From Coleofasciculus sp. B1-GNL1-01 (GTDB taxonomy: Bacteria; Cyanobacteriota; Cyanobacteriia; Cyanobacteriales; Coleofasciculaceae): 64,000 bases of DNA. Below are positions 41,587-52,044 of this stretch, piece after piece. Location of the stretch: assembly GCA_040220235.1 (NCBI GenBank), contig JAVJTO010000051.1; one strand, 5' to 3'. The position numbers were made by a program, and so were the translations under genes. Position 1 is the stretch's first letter, and the number at the start of each line of letters is the position of its first letter. A model generated the notes under the pieces. It was not told the DNA's origin and did no database searches. It was given only the letters and a program-made list of their open reading frames with translations.

Positions 41587-42960
41587 ATAAACTACCCAGA
41601 CTTGCTATCGTTGAAGTCTGGGTTTTCAGTAGCCCTGAAGTAATCAAACAGGCTAAGCTGAACATATTCAATCGTTCTGTTTAACCTACATGACAACCCC
41701 GTGCCTCCAGGCTGGTTTATAGACAGCCCCACAAGTGCGATGTTGTTAGCTCCATTGAAATCGGCATCCCCCTGCCATTCGCAATGCCCACACTTAAAAG
41801 TCTTACCGCTACGGTAGGACTTTCCTTTTATTGGATGAATGTGTAAGCATTTATGGCATTGTTGTGAAGTATAGGCTGGGGGAACAGGAATAACCCGAAC
41901 ACCAGCACCTAAAGCTTTATACTCAATGAACTGACGCAATTGGTAAAACGCCCAACTATTAGAGCGTCTGCGCTCAGTCTTGCTTCTAGGCTGCTCATTA
42001 GTTCTTTTCCTGATTCCCATGAGATCTTCTATAGCAATCGAGGCACTTAACTCGACTGCTTTTTTGACCACTGCCTTAGAGATGCCGTGATTGAGCCATT
42101 GTTGATAGCGCCTCTCCCTCCCCGACAGCCGTTTCAAGATTTCCCGGCATCTACGCCGAGTTGTCCTTGTGCCTTTCGGGGCTTTTTTCTGGAGAGATGC
42201 TCTAACCTGAGAAAACTTATCGCGAACTCGTTGAATACCTGCGCCGTCCCACTTTTGACCTTCGGAGGTTACGGCAATGTCACGCCGTCCTAAATCGATA
42301 CCAATAACCTTATCGGTGTCTGACGGGTCAGGCGCGTCATCCTTAATCTGGATGTGCAGATAGAACAAACCATCACGATGTTTGCACAACTGAGCTGATG
42401 TTGGTCTTCTTCCCTTGAGTTTACCTCTCTGGTAGTTACCCACATTTAGGATGGTGCGTTCCCTGCCGTGAATAGTCGCAAGACTTACAGTCCAATCTTG
42501 CTCACGAAGTCGAAACAAGTCTTTATCGCAGTCCATGCTAGTCGGGGCGAAGCTCTTAACGGGCTTACCCTTTTGCTTGGACACCTTCCGGTTAGCAGAG
42601 ACTCGCGCACAAGCCCTAACCGCCATATTCGCCACAAGACCAAACTCACTTTTAATCGTGTGATAAGTCAAGGACTGAATAGCTATTTTATTAGTCAGTT
42701 TTGGATCTGTGTGTTCATTAACATAGTTACAGGCAGCAGCAAACGCCTGAAGAGTTGCCCCGATTTTGGCAGCTTGTTCAGGCGTAGGTTGAAGCTTTAC
42801 AACTATAGTTAGAACTTGTTTCATCACTAGATTATACCACCTATAGGGACAATGGTTAGAAATATTTCGGGGCTCGACCGATGGCATTTCTCGCTATCCC
42901 CCTACGGGTTATCTGCGCTACGCTACGATTGAACCCGTAGCCCCTCGCGATTTCGGTGGG
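41587..42960 (-). mobile_element. IS200/IS605-family element carrying only tnpB (IS1341-like)
   Basis: Right-end hairpin ACCCAGACTT-loop-AAGTCTGGGT followed by AGTTTAT; hairpin-rich left end; no tnpA; boundaries inferred. Confidence 0.75.
41592..42824 (-). CDS. tnpB: RNA-guided endonuclease TnpB, catalytic residues intact
   Basis: MKQVLTIVVKLQPT start; GIDLG, IAIEDL, PAYTSQQCHKC, CGHC, DADFNGANNI. Confidence 0.92.
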   Translation of the reverse strand: MKQVLTIVVKLQPTPEQAAKIGATLQAFAAACNYVNEHTDPKLTNKIAIQSLTYHTIKSEFGLVANMAVRACARVSANRKVSKQKGKPVKSFAPTSMDCDKDLFRLREQDWTVSLATIHGRERTILNVGNYQRGKLKGRRPTSAQLCKHRDGLFYLHIQIKDDAPDPSDTDKVIGIDLGRRDIAVTSEGQKWDGAGIQRVRDKFSQVRASLQKKAPKGTRTTRRRCREILKRLSGRERRYQQWLNHGISKAVVKKAVELSASIAIEDLMGIRKRTNEQPRSKTERRRSNSWAFYQLRQFIEYKALGAGVRVIPVPPAYTSQQCHKCLHIHPIKGKSYRSGKTFKCGHCEWQGDADFNGANNIALVGLSINQPGGTGLSCRLNRTIEYVQLSLFDYFRATENPDFNDSKSG

Positions 42961-43120
42961 GTCAGGGCGGGTTTGGAACAAAGGTTATCATCAATAGCTG
43001 GCGCCAAATCCCTAAACCCGCCCCTACACAATCAAAACTCGGTCAGGGCGGGTTTTGAACAAAGGTTATCATCAATAGCTTGCGCCAAGTCCCTAAACCC
43101 GCCCCTACACAATCAAACTC
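42960..43120. repeat. Tandem duplication (81 + 80 bp) of a REP-like element
   Basis: Two near-identical units GGTCAGGGCGGGTTT...AAACCCGCCCCTACACAATCAAAACTC. Confidence 0.9.
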
Positions 43121-43132
43121 AACACTTAGTAA

Positions 43133-43903
43133 ATGCTTGCAACCTTCAATTCTCTCAACCCTTGGCTTATTGCCGTCCTCTTAAATACAGTATTATTAGC
43201 GATCGCCTGGGTGATCCCCAAGCAACTCCTCACCCGCGCTGGAGTTCTCCACGCCTGGGCTTTGGGAATTGTAATTTTGGGGACGTTAGGCTGGCAAGGG
43301 TATCTGATTGTTATGGTTTATTTCCTCGTCGGTTCTGCGGTTACCCGTATCGGTATGGCACAAAAAGAAGCGGCGGGGATCGCGGAAAAGCGTTCAGGCG
43401 CTAGAGGACCCGAAAATGTATGGGGTTCCGCCCTAACAGGTACGCTTTGCGCGGTGGGCGTTCTTTTCCTGGATGAACCCTATCGCAGTTTTCTCCTACT
43501 GGGGTTCGTCGCTAGTTTTGCCACTAAGCTTTCTGATACGACCGCCAGTGAGGTGGGTAAAGCTTACGGTAAGCGCACGTTTTTAATCACCACCTTACAA
43601 CCTGTATCCCCCGGAACCGAAGGTGCAGTTAGCTTAGAAGGAACTCTGGCGGGGGCTGTCGCCTCGGCTGCGATCGCGGTTCTGGGTTGGGGCGTTGGCT
43701 TTATAGACTTGACAGGTGTCTATTTTTGTGTATTAGCTGCCTTTATTGCCACTAACCTAGAAAGTGTGATTGGTGCCACTTGGCAATCTCAGGTCGAATG
43801 GATGACCAACGAAGTCGTGAATTTTATCAATACGTTAATTGGTGCGATCGCGGCTATCCTGTTTGTCGTCATCTGGCACAGTATCATGGGGCTAGCCGGA
43901 TAG
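43133..43903 (+). CDS. DUF92/TIGR00297 family membrane protein
   Basis: GIAEKRSGARGPENVWGS, KLSDTTASEVGKAYG, PGTEGAVSLEGT, TNLESVIGAT. Confidence 0.88.
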   Translation: MLATFNSLNPWLIAVLLNTVLLAIAWVIPKQLLTRAGVLHAWALGIVILGTLGWQGYLIVMVYFLVGSAVTRIGMAQKEAAGIAEKRSGARGPENVWGSALTGTLCAVGVLFLDEPYRSFLLLGFVASFATKLSDTTASEVGKAYGKRTFLITTLQPVSPGTEGAVSLEGTLAGAVASAAIAVLGWGVGFIDLTGVYFCVLAAFIATNLESVIGATWQSQVEWMTNEVVNFINTLIGAIAAILFVVIWHSIMGLAG

Positions 43904-44052
43904 TTTATAGCAGAAGCCAGAAGGCACAAGGGAAGGAAAAAAGTGGCAAGGTAAAAAGAAATGATGGCTCTTTAGCCAGACATAACCTCAAAGAAAAGTC
44001 CTCAGTCAAACAACTAAGGACAAATCAATGACCAATAACCACTGACAAATAA

Positions 44053-44964
<912 letters not shown>

Positions 44965-45229
44965 TCACATCGCATGGGTACAACAGAATAAAAGGTAATG
45001 ACGAACCCACGGCTTCACCTAAACCAGCGAGTCCAACTTAAACAGCAAAACATGCGCTTAACAATTTAAAGCACCCTAATATTAAAGTCTAAATTCTCCT
45101 TAGATTATAGACGACGGAAGATAAACAACCCAGGAGATACCATTAACTGGAAGACCCCCTGGATGGGTCACAACTAGGGGGGATAATTCTTCCAGGAAAG
45201 TATATATTATATCAAATGGCACTAACTAC

Positions 45230-45496
45230 CTATGCCCAAGTAAATTCGCGCCGTCCACTACCCCGGTGACAAATCTGGGGCGCGAGGGTGTCTTGGGAGG
45301 TGAAGAAACGCCGTTGTCCACCGCGATTGGTCTCAGGACCTTGAGGACCCGCATCTCCAGTTTTCACTAAAGACAATAGCGAGTGGGCAGGAGTAGACTG
45401 AAAAAGTGAGACCGAGCGATCGCGACTATCATGAGCATGGACAGCAAATGAGAGCGTAAGCAGGCTCACTAAAGTAACAGAAGTGTAAAAGCGCAT
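45230..45496 (-). CDS. patX: PatX-like RGSGR-containing HetR-inhibitor precursor
   Basis: Signal peptide-like N-terminus, C-terminal HRGSGRR, directly upstream of hetR. Confidence 0.8.
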   Translation of the reverse strand: MRFYTSVTLVSLLTLSFAVHAHDSRDRSVSLFQSTPAHSLLSLVKTGDAGPQGPETNRGGQRRFFTSQDTLAPQICHRGSGRREFTWA

Positions 45497-45527
45497 AGCA
45501 GATGTCCGTGTCAGGGTTTCTAGTCCC

Positions 45528-45557
45528 TGTTACGGACTCTTTACTCATGGTTCAGGA
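45528..45557 (-). promoter_or_regulatory. DIF-like promoter motif upstream of patX
   Basis: TCCTGA-N18-GTAACA, a one-mismatch variant of the TCCGGA -35 element of HetR-dependent promoters. Confidence 0.45.
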
Positions 45558-45679
45558 AAAATTCCCGCCAGAGTTAATGTGGATTATGTGAAGTTTAATG
45601 GTAGACTAGCGTGTTTATCTTCAAATTGTTCTAACTAAACCCGCCCTTTTTAGGGCAACAGGAGCAGACTAATCCCTGA

Positions 45680-47581
45680 TCATCGTAAACAGTTCACCAG
45701 CAACCAGTTTCCCGCCGGATTAAAACGTCCCCACCCTTGTAGCTGTTGCTGATGAGGATAATGTTGGAGTTGCTGATTAACATCAGGTTGTACCGTAATC
45801 AACATCCAAATTTGACCGATAAGATTTTCAGGTTCGCTCAGGGTAATTGTGTAATCTTGGTCAGCACGACGTTGGAATATGCCAGTGAAATAGAGTAAGC
45901 CATGGGATTGGGAATTAGTTAGTGATTGGTGATTGGGGAAATTCTCCCCCTGCTCCCCCTGCTCTCCCTGCTTCCCCTGCTTCCCCTGCTTCCCCTGCTC
46001 TCCCTGCTTCCCCTGCTTCCCCTGCTTCCCCTGCTCTCCCTGCTTCCCCTGCTCCCCCTGCTCATCAACTACGCCCGAACTGGGATACTCGTCTGGATGA
46101 TCCAAGTAATAATGTTGCCAATACCGCCAATCGGGATCATCAAGGGATTGGTTAAATAAGGGAATCATGACAGCCGGGGCAATAGTATCGCCCAACAACG
46201 CCTCTTGAATACGCCGGACAGCTAACTCCCTCGGTTGACAACCCAGTTCCACAGACAACGCCGCCGCCATTCCTGCGGCTTGACCGAGATTCATCACTAC
46301 AGGCTGCAACCGCGTTGAACCATTGGCAATATGAGAGACAGAAATATTTTTATCACATACTAACAAACCATTCATTGACACAGGTACAAGGCAACCATAA
46401 GGAATCGTAAACGGTGTTCCCGTCCAGCGCCCTCCCCAACGGATGGATTTTGGGGCTAAGGGAAAGGTGAAACCGGGATAATGATGGTCATTGGCATAAT
46501 TTCCCACCGCAATTCCAGTAAAATCGCCTGACTCATCGATGGGTAAAGGTGCAACTTGACCCCCCGGTATCGGTAAAATATCTTGTTCTCGCAACGTTAC
46601 CAGCCCCACCAGACGCCGACTTTCTCGATAGTAAGGATGTAGGGCGTAAGCCCCACCACCGAGGGACGCATCCGGGAACATATCATCAGCTAACCCATAA
46701 CGCCGTCCCAGTTGAGATTGAATAAAATAGGCAAAACCTTGACTATGCCAATGGGCTTCCTGGAGAAACTGCTGTCGGGATGCATCCGATTCCACTAAGC
46801 GCCCCACCCCCTCACCATAATCATTGCCAGATTGGGGCCAGTTCAGCATAAACAGTCCTCCAGGTAAGCGTCCGTAATTGAGAAAGGATTCCACCCCATA
46901 ACCCTCCCACGCGCCGATAAACTGTTCTGGTTTGTATTCAGGTGGGGGCGGAATTTCCGGCGCTGTATCGGTGCCAAAATCTTTGAGGATGACGACCCAG
47001 GTTGGTGCTTGAACGGGATAGCGTTGAGTCAAGTCATTGCCAGAAATAGGCGCACTCGGTTCACCAAAGCGCGATCGCAACTCCCAACCCCAGCGATAAG
47101 GAATCTCGGCTAATTCCAGTACATCTCCCAATTCCGTGGCGTCTAGGGTGACTTTGGCGTGAATTACAACATCAGCAAATTGCACTCCCGTGACACAATC
47201 CCCTGCTTTTAATACCGCTAACGGCGTTTGTCCTGCAATCCACTTGAGGTTGGGTAATGCTTGCACCCAATCTGTAAAGATTTGAGCGCCAATTCTAGGG
47301 TGGTAGGTAAACAAACTCACCCACCCATTATCCAGTCCTCCGGGCTGTCGCTGTTGGAGTTCTCGCAAAAACGCGCCCCATAACCCCGTTTGCCACGCGG
47401 CTAATTCATTGCCATCGGGCGCACAGACACCGGCTGTCGTTAGCATTCCTCCTAGCCAGGAAAACTCGCTGACTAGAATTGTTTTGACGCCTCGACGTGC
47501 CGCTTGGATGGCTGCACTTGTGCCACCTGTACCACCGCCGACAACTAAGACTTCTGTTGTTAATTCATTCACCGCGATCAA
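45680..47581 (-). CDS. FAD-dependent oxidoreductase
   Basis: [47 protein letters not shown]. Confidence 0.85.
   Translation of the reverse strand: MIAVNELTTEVLVVGGGTGGTSAAIQAARRGVKTILVSEFSWLGGMLTTAGVCAPDGNELAAWQTGLWGAFLRELQQRQPGGLDNGWVSLFTYHPRIGAQIFTDWVQALPNLKWIAGQTPLAVLKAGDCVTGVQFADVVIHAKVTLDATELGDVLELAEIPYRWGWELRSRFGEPSAPISGNDLTQRYPVQAPTWVVILKDFGTDTAPEIPPPPEYKPEQFIGAWEGYGVESFLNYGRLPGGLFMLNWPQSGNDYGEGVGRLVESDASRQQFLQEAHWHSQGFAYFIQSQLGRRYGLADDMFPDASLGGGAYALHPYYRESRRLVGLVTLREQDILPIPGGQVAPLPIDESGDFTGIAVGNYANDHHYPGFTFPLAPKSIRWGGRWTGTPFTIPYGCLVPVSMNGLLVCDKNISVSHIANGSTRLQPVVMNLGQAAGMAAALSVELGCQPRELAVRRIQEALLGDTIAPAVMIPLFNQSLDDPDWRYWQHYYLDHPDEYPSSGVVDEQGEQGKQGEQGKQGKQGKQGEQGKQGKQGKQGEQGEQGENFPNHQSLTNSQSHGLLYFTGIFQRRADQDYTITLSEPENLIGQIWMLITVQPDVNQQLQHYPHQQQLQGWGRFNPAGNWLLVNCLR
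45944..46063 (-). repeat. In-frame 9-mer array encoding (EQG/KQG)n
   Basis: (CCCCTGCTT/C)n inside the oxidoreductase gene. Confidence 0.9.
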
Positions 47582-47709
47582 AAAATGGGTTGGGGATAGT
47601 GATTATCATCACTCCTGGATCAGAGTCAAGTCACAGATGCTTTTTGTAATAATTCGTTACATTGTGAATAACATAAATTTACAAAATAGCTCAACAAAGG
47701 AGAACGATT

Positions 47710-47949
47710 ATGATTAGCCCCATGGTTATCCTAGTTTCATTGTTTGTCGTCGGTTGGGTCGCCGTTGCTGTATTAGGGACTCAGGCTTACTTCCGAGGCG
47801 AACAGAGAAAGCCAATCCATGAGCGCAACTGGCGTTCTGAATCCTTTGAGCAGCTAGCCGAGTCGATCACGGGTACTAAAACAAATTACAGCGATCGCAC
47901 GCCAGCTTACAAGATGGATGCTTATGCGAGCAATAATTTGCCTTCCTAA
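47710..47949 (+). CDS. Small single-TM cyanobacterial protein, probably photosystem II assembly factor Psb35
   Basis: GWVAVAVLGTQAYFRGEQ.KPIHERNWRS motif; RBS AAGGAG; family name from memory, not verified. Confidence 0.6.
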   Translation: MISPMVILVSLFVVGWVAVAVLGTQAYFRGEQRKPIHERNWRSESFEQLAESITGTKTNYSDRTPAYKMDAYASNNLPS

Positions 47950-48140
47950 CCGCATCCCTGTTTGATCAACGCTTTTACACCGCCATCTCGCTTTTAGCCG
48001 CATTTGCTCTTAAGGACGATGGTGACGGTAGGAAAGTAAAAGTAGAGATTTGAGTTGTGGGTTATGAACTCACAACTCCCTAATTTTTCTCTAAGCCAAC
48101 GAATCACTTTATCATATTAGGTGTAGAAATAGCTGAAACC

Positions 48141-48587
48141 ATGATTCAGAAAGTACAAAAGAGTGACGCGGAGTGGAGACAACAGCTTACCCCGGAACAA
48201 TATAAAGTAGCCCGACAGAAGGGAACGGAACGCGCCTATACCGGGGAGTATCACGACAATAAGCAGCCGGGAGTCTACAAATGTGTCTGTTGTGGCAATG
48301 ACTTGTTCACCTCCAAAACCAAATATGATTCTGGCACGGGTTGGCCCAGTTTTTGGGCACCGATTGATGAACAAAGCATCAAATATGAAGCCGATAATAC
48401 TTTGTGGATGCGTCGCACTGAGGTACTCTGTGCTGCTTGTGATGCTCACTTAGGTCATGTATTTGATGATGGACCAGAACCAACGGGTCAGCGTTACTGT
48501 CTAAATTCTGCCTCGCTAAACTTTGTCAAGTCCGATCAGGTTGAATCAGAATCTGAGGCGGAAACTGATAAATCTGCAACTACCTAA
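48141..48587 (+). CDS. msrB: Peptide-methionine (R)-S-oxide reductase
   Basis: GTERAYTG, KYDSGTGWPSF, RTEVLCAACDAHLGHVFDDGP, RYCLNS. Confidence 0.95.
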   Translation: MIQKVQKSDAEWRQQLTPEQYKVARQKGTERAYTGEYHDNKQPGVYKCVCCGNDLFTSKTKYDSGTGWPSFWAPIDEQSIKYEADNTLWMRRTEVLCAACDAHLGHVFDDGPEPTGQRYCLNSASLNFVKSDQVESESEAETDKSATT

Positions 48588-48621
48588 TCTGACTCCAGAT
48601 CAGCGATTTGTCTATCTTGGC

Positions 48622-48828
48622 ATGACCAACCCAATCCAAACTATTAAGTTAGATCAGTTCCTCAAGTGGGTAGGTGTCGCGTCCACAGGTGGCGAAGCCA
48701 AACTGATGATTCAAGATGGTGATGTTACCGTTAATGGCATCATTGAAACTCGACGCGGACGTAAATTAGTTGCAGGCGACTTGGTAACTGTACAAGGAGA
48801 AACCTATAAGGTGGGAACTCCACTTTAG
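48622..48828 (+). CDS. S4-domain RNA-binding protein (YaaA/YbcJ family)
   Basis: IKLDQFLKW.G.ASTGGEAK..IQDG.V.VNG..ETRRGRKL. Confidence 0.9.
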   Translation: MTNPIQTIKLDQFLKWVGVASTGGEAKLMIQDGDVTVNGIIETRRGRKLVAGDLVTVQGETYKVGTPL

Positions 48829-49187
48829 CCATAGGTAAGCGGCGATTTTTTGAACCCTATCCGCTTATAAAATAGGGAAAGAATTCTCCAACGTCCAGAG
48901 GCGAGTCTTTGTCTCTACATGGTTATCCTCCATGGAGGACAAGTATTTAGGAGTTTATCGGGGCGGGTGAGAGGCACTCAACGATGTTAAACAATCTCTA
49001 ACACGTTTGCCCAACCCGCCCTAATCTGTAACATGAAAGTCGGTTTATTGAGATTAACGGAAATGAGAAAAATTAACGACAAAAAGCTGTTACTTTGTAA
49101 GTATTGAGTTCAGAATGATGCCCAGGAAACTGGGCAAGGTCAGAGACAAAAATAAATGGAAAGCTGTTGATGAATTTTAGGGATAGC

Positions 49188-49451
49188 TTACAGTTCCCAT
49201 TCGCGACAGTGAATTAGTATGTCGTCTAAGTTTGTTTCAAACTCCTTCCAGTCATTAAACCAGATGTCCCTATTGTTATCATGTACTGGATAATCTGCAT
49301 CCCATTCGTCGATAAAAGCATCCGCATCCCAGTCTTGGGATAAGACATCTGCATCCCATTCCTCGAAGGATACGTCCCCATTGTTATCTGTGTCTTTTAA
49401 CAGAAGTTCTATATCTCCTTCGCTGATCGTATAATTGGCAAATACTCTCAT
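49188..49451 (-). CDS. Small acidic protein with an EF-hand-like loop
   Basis: DTDNNGDVSFEE canonical 12-residue loop; WDAD repeated three times. Confidence 0.55.
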   Translation of the reverse strand: MRVFANYTISEGDIELLLKDTDNNGDVSFEEWDADVLSQDWDADAFIDEWDADYPVHDNNRDIWFNDWKEFETNLDDILIHCREWEL

Positions 49452-49627
49452 GGTTAGTTCCCCGTTTGCTCTCAACGCAATCAATCTAACTAATCAATCA
49501 CCTTACACCTAAATCATCTCCCATTTTTCGGGAAATTATTGTAATTGAATCCATAAAAGATAGTGATTGTTCTCACCATTTAGTGTGATAAAGTCGGAGA
49601 ATCTTTGTGATTTTCTAAGCGTTTAGC

Positions 49628-49643
49628 TGTGATTAATGTCACA
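49628..49643. promoter_or_regulatory. Perfect CRP-family binding site
   Basis: TGTGA-TTAATG-TCACA = TGTGA-N6-TCACA in AT-rich intergenic DNA. Confidence 0.6.
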
Positions 49644-49795
49644 GATTTTTCAAAAAAATAAAGATTGAGATGTTGCCCAATCTTTTTTATATACCTTGGG
49701 TTACTTAACTTTCATAATGCTCAATAGATATCATTAAAACTTTACATTTATGTCAAAAATTGTAAAGATAATGATCCGAATTTATCGGTAGACCC

Positions 49796-50173
49796 TTCGC
49801 GCACCTGTTCGGTGTTGACTCAGAGCAGGTGGCGACAGGATTGCCACTCGATCAATTTCTCAACGCCATTGAGCCTGAAGATCGCCCTCAAGTCACCGCT
49901 GAAATTGAACAGGCGATCGCCACGGGAGAAGACTATGGGGCTAAGTACCGCGTCGGCGATGCTGACGGAAAACAGCGATGGGTCATTGCCCGGGGACGGG
50001 TAGAATACGACGCAAACGGCAATGCGATTACCTTTCCCGATGCCTTGGCTGACATTAGCGATCGCAAACAAGCAGAAGAGGCACTCAAAGAGAGTGAAAA
50101 ACGCTTCCGCACCCTGGCAGATAACATTTCTCAAAACTCAATCGCGATTATCTCCGTAACCTCAACCAAGTAA
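49796..50173 (+). pseudogene. Isolated PAS/PAC domain fragment of a sensor kinase
   Basis: FAHLFGVD...AIEPEDR...YRV..ADGKQRWVIARG...DISDRKQAEEALKESEKRFRTLADN then breaks off; no proper start. Confidence 0.75.
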
Positions 50174-50698
50174 GTCGCTGTAGTTCACCAATCGGCTGAC
50201 TCAGGAAAACCCAAGCGTGAGAGATCGCTGGGGTAAGAAAGTGAGATTGTAGCCACTATCTAGATTACCATTTCCTTCATCTGTCGAAAATAAGGAATGA
50301 TACAAAATCCGATGAAGTTACCCCCTTTATCCCTGGGGTACTTTTCCTTGCAGCCTTCTGCCTTCTGCTACTTGTGGAATTTTCCGGAGAGTGTCATCTA
50401 GTAAAAGTCTGAGGGGTATAGCTTGATTATTTCTTCCTACAGACAGACGAGAATTAGCTTTTTGCCCATCTAAAGTTAAGGGTGACAGGTTGCTGGCGCT
50501 TGTCGGGAGTATGGAGCGTACAAGCAAGCCATCACGTTCGAGTCGGTTGGATAGAGCGATCGCGAAACCCAACAGGCTCTCTCAAGGAAGGTGGGTAAAG
50601 TACCTCAACCCAGCCCAAATAGGCTCCCGAACATCCTTAATTCATCAGATAAACCTATTCTCTTCATAACATAACCGAAAATAACAGGAGATTTAATC

Positions 50699-51718
50699 AT
50701 GACAAAGATAGCTATTAATGGTTTCGGGAGAATTGGTCGGGCTGTTTTTAAGATTGCTCTTGACAATCCCGAATTAGAAGTCGTTGCGATTAACGATTTA
50801 GTCCCACCCGATAATCTGGCTTATCTGCTCAAATACGATACAGTCTACGGAAAATATAATAAAAATGTAGACAGTACCAAGGATAGTCTAGTTATCGATG
50901 GCAAATCCTATCAAATCTTAAGTGAAAAAGACCCCGTCCAACTCCCTTGGAGTGATTTAGGTGTCGATATTGTCTTGGAATGTACAGGGATCTTTACGAA
51001 AAAACATGATTTAGAAAAACATATCCAAGCAGGTGCTAAGCGGGTGATTCTTTCTGCACCAGCTAAAAGCGAGGGAATTACAACCATCGTACATGGCGTT
51101 AATCAGCCGAATGAATCGGATCAAATTGTATCCTGTGCTAGCTGCACCACCAATTGCATTACTCCCGTTGTTGAAGTCATGGGACGCCGAATCGGGATTA
51201 AAAAAGCCATGATGACAACCATTCATGCTTATACGTCTACCCAAGCAATTGTTGATGGACCGAGTAAGAAATTTCGACGCGGTAGAACAGCAGCGGCTAA
51301 TTTAGTTCCCACCACAACCGGGGCGGCTGTGGCGACAACCCAAGTTCTTCCCCAATATCAAAATAAGTTTGATGGGGTAGCGGTACGGGCACCGATTCCT
51401 GTTGGTTCTATTTCTGATATTATTTTCGTCACCGACAAATCAACTAGCGTTGACGAAATTAACAGTATCTTCAAAGAAGAAGCCGGAAGCGAACGCTATC
51501 AAGACATTTTAGCGGTTTCTGAAGACCCGATTGTTTCATCGGATATCGTTCAAGATCCTCACGCTTCTATTGTTGATTTAACTATGACCCAAGTCGTTGA
51601 TGGTGACTTGGTTAAAGTTATGAGTTGGTATGACAATGAATGGGGATATGCTTCTCAGATGATTAAAGAAGCGGTTCGCATGATTAAGGAATCAAAAACT
51701 CAGCAAACGGCTAGTTAA
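50699..51718 (+). CDS. gap: Type I glyceraldehyde-3-phosphate dehydrogenase
   Basis: IAINGFGRIGR, SCASCTTNC, TTIHAYT, SWYDNEWGY; RBS AGGAG. Confidence 0.95.
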   Translation: MTKIAINGFGRIGRAVFKIALDNPELEVVAINDLVPPDNLAYLLKYDTVYGKYNKNVDSTKDSLVIDGKSYQILSEKDPVQLPWSDLGVDIVLECTGIFTKKHDLEKHIQAGAKRVILSAPAKSEGITTIVHGVNQPNESDQIVSCASCTTNCITPVVEVMGRRIGIKKAMMTTIHAYTSTQAIVDGPSKKFRRGRTAAANLVPTTTGAAVATTQVLPQYQNKFDGVAVRAPIPVGSISDIIFVTDKSTSVDEINSIFKEEAGSERYQDILAVSEDPIVSSDIVQDPHASIVDLTMTQVVDGDLVKVMSWYDNEWGYASQMIKEAVRMIKESKTQQTAS

Positions 51719-51838
51719 GTAGGTGGGGACAATTAAAGTTAACGGTAGGGATTGTCATTCGTCATTCGTCATTTGTAAGGGGTTGAGAGGTGTTGACATA
51801 AATTAACAGGGTTGAGTTCATTTCCACCAACCTACTTA
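51716..51838. mobile_element. MITE-like element with TAAGTAGGT terminal inverted repeats
   Basis: TAAGTAGGTGGG ... CCAACCTACTTA; the left end coincides with the gap stop codon. Confidence 0.65.
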
Positions 51839-52044
51839 ATCTCAGCAATTAACAATTGAGCTTGGTTTGTCTTTGTAGCACTTTCCTTACACAAGTCAGC
51901 CCTCACCCCCAGCCCCTCTCCCAACCCCCCTCGTTCCCCCCTGCGAGGAGGGAGGACTAAGGATGCTTCGCTTTTATGGCACGGGAGAGGGGAGAAAAAA
52001 GAATTCGTCCTATTTTATAGTTTTATTTGCGGTTAACGGTAATT

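Noticed and set aside
42960..43120. Possible CRISPR array
   Set aside because: Two near-identical 80-bp units without unique spacers; it is a duplicated REP-like element. No CRISPR array is seen anywhere in the window.
47645..47661. NtcA site upstream of the Psb35-like gene
   Set aside because: Spacing is GTA-N9-TAC, not N8.
50327..50572. 81-aa ORF upstream of gap
   Set aside because: TTG start, no recognisable motif, and it overlaps small repeats.
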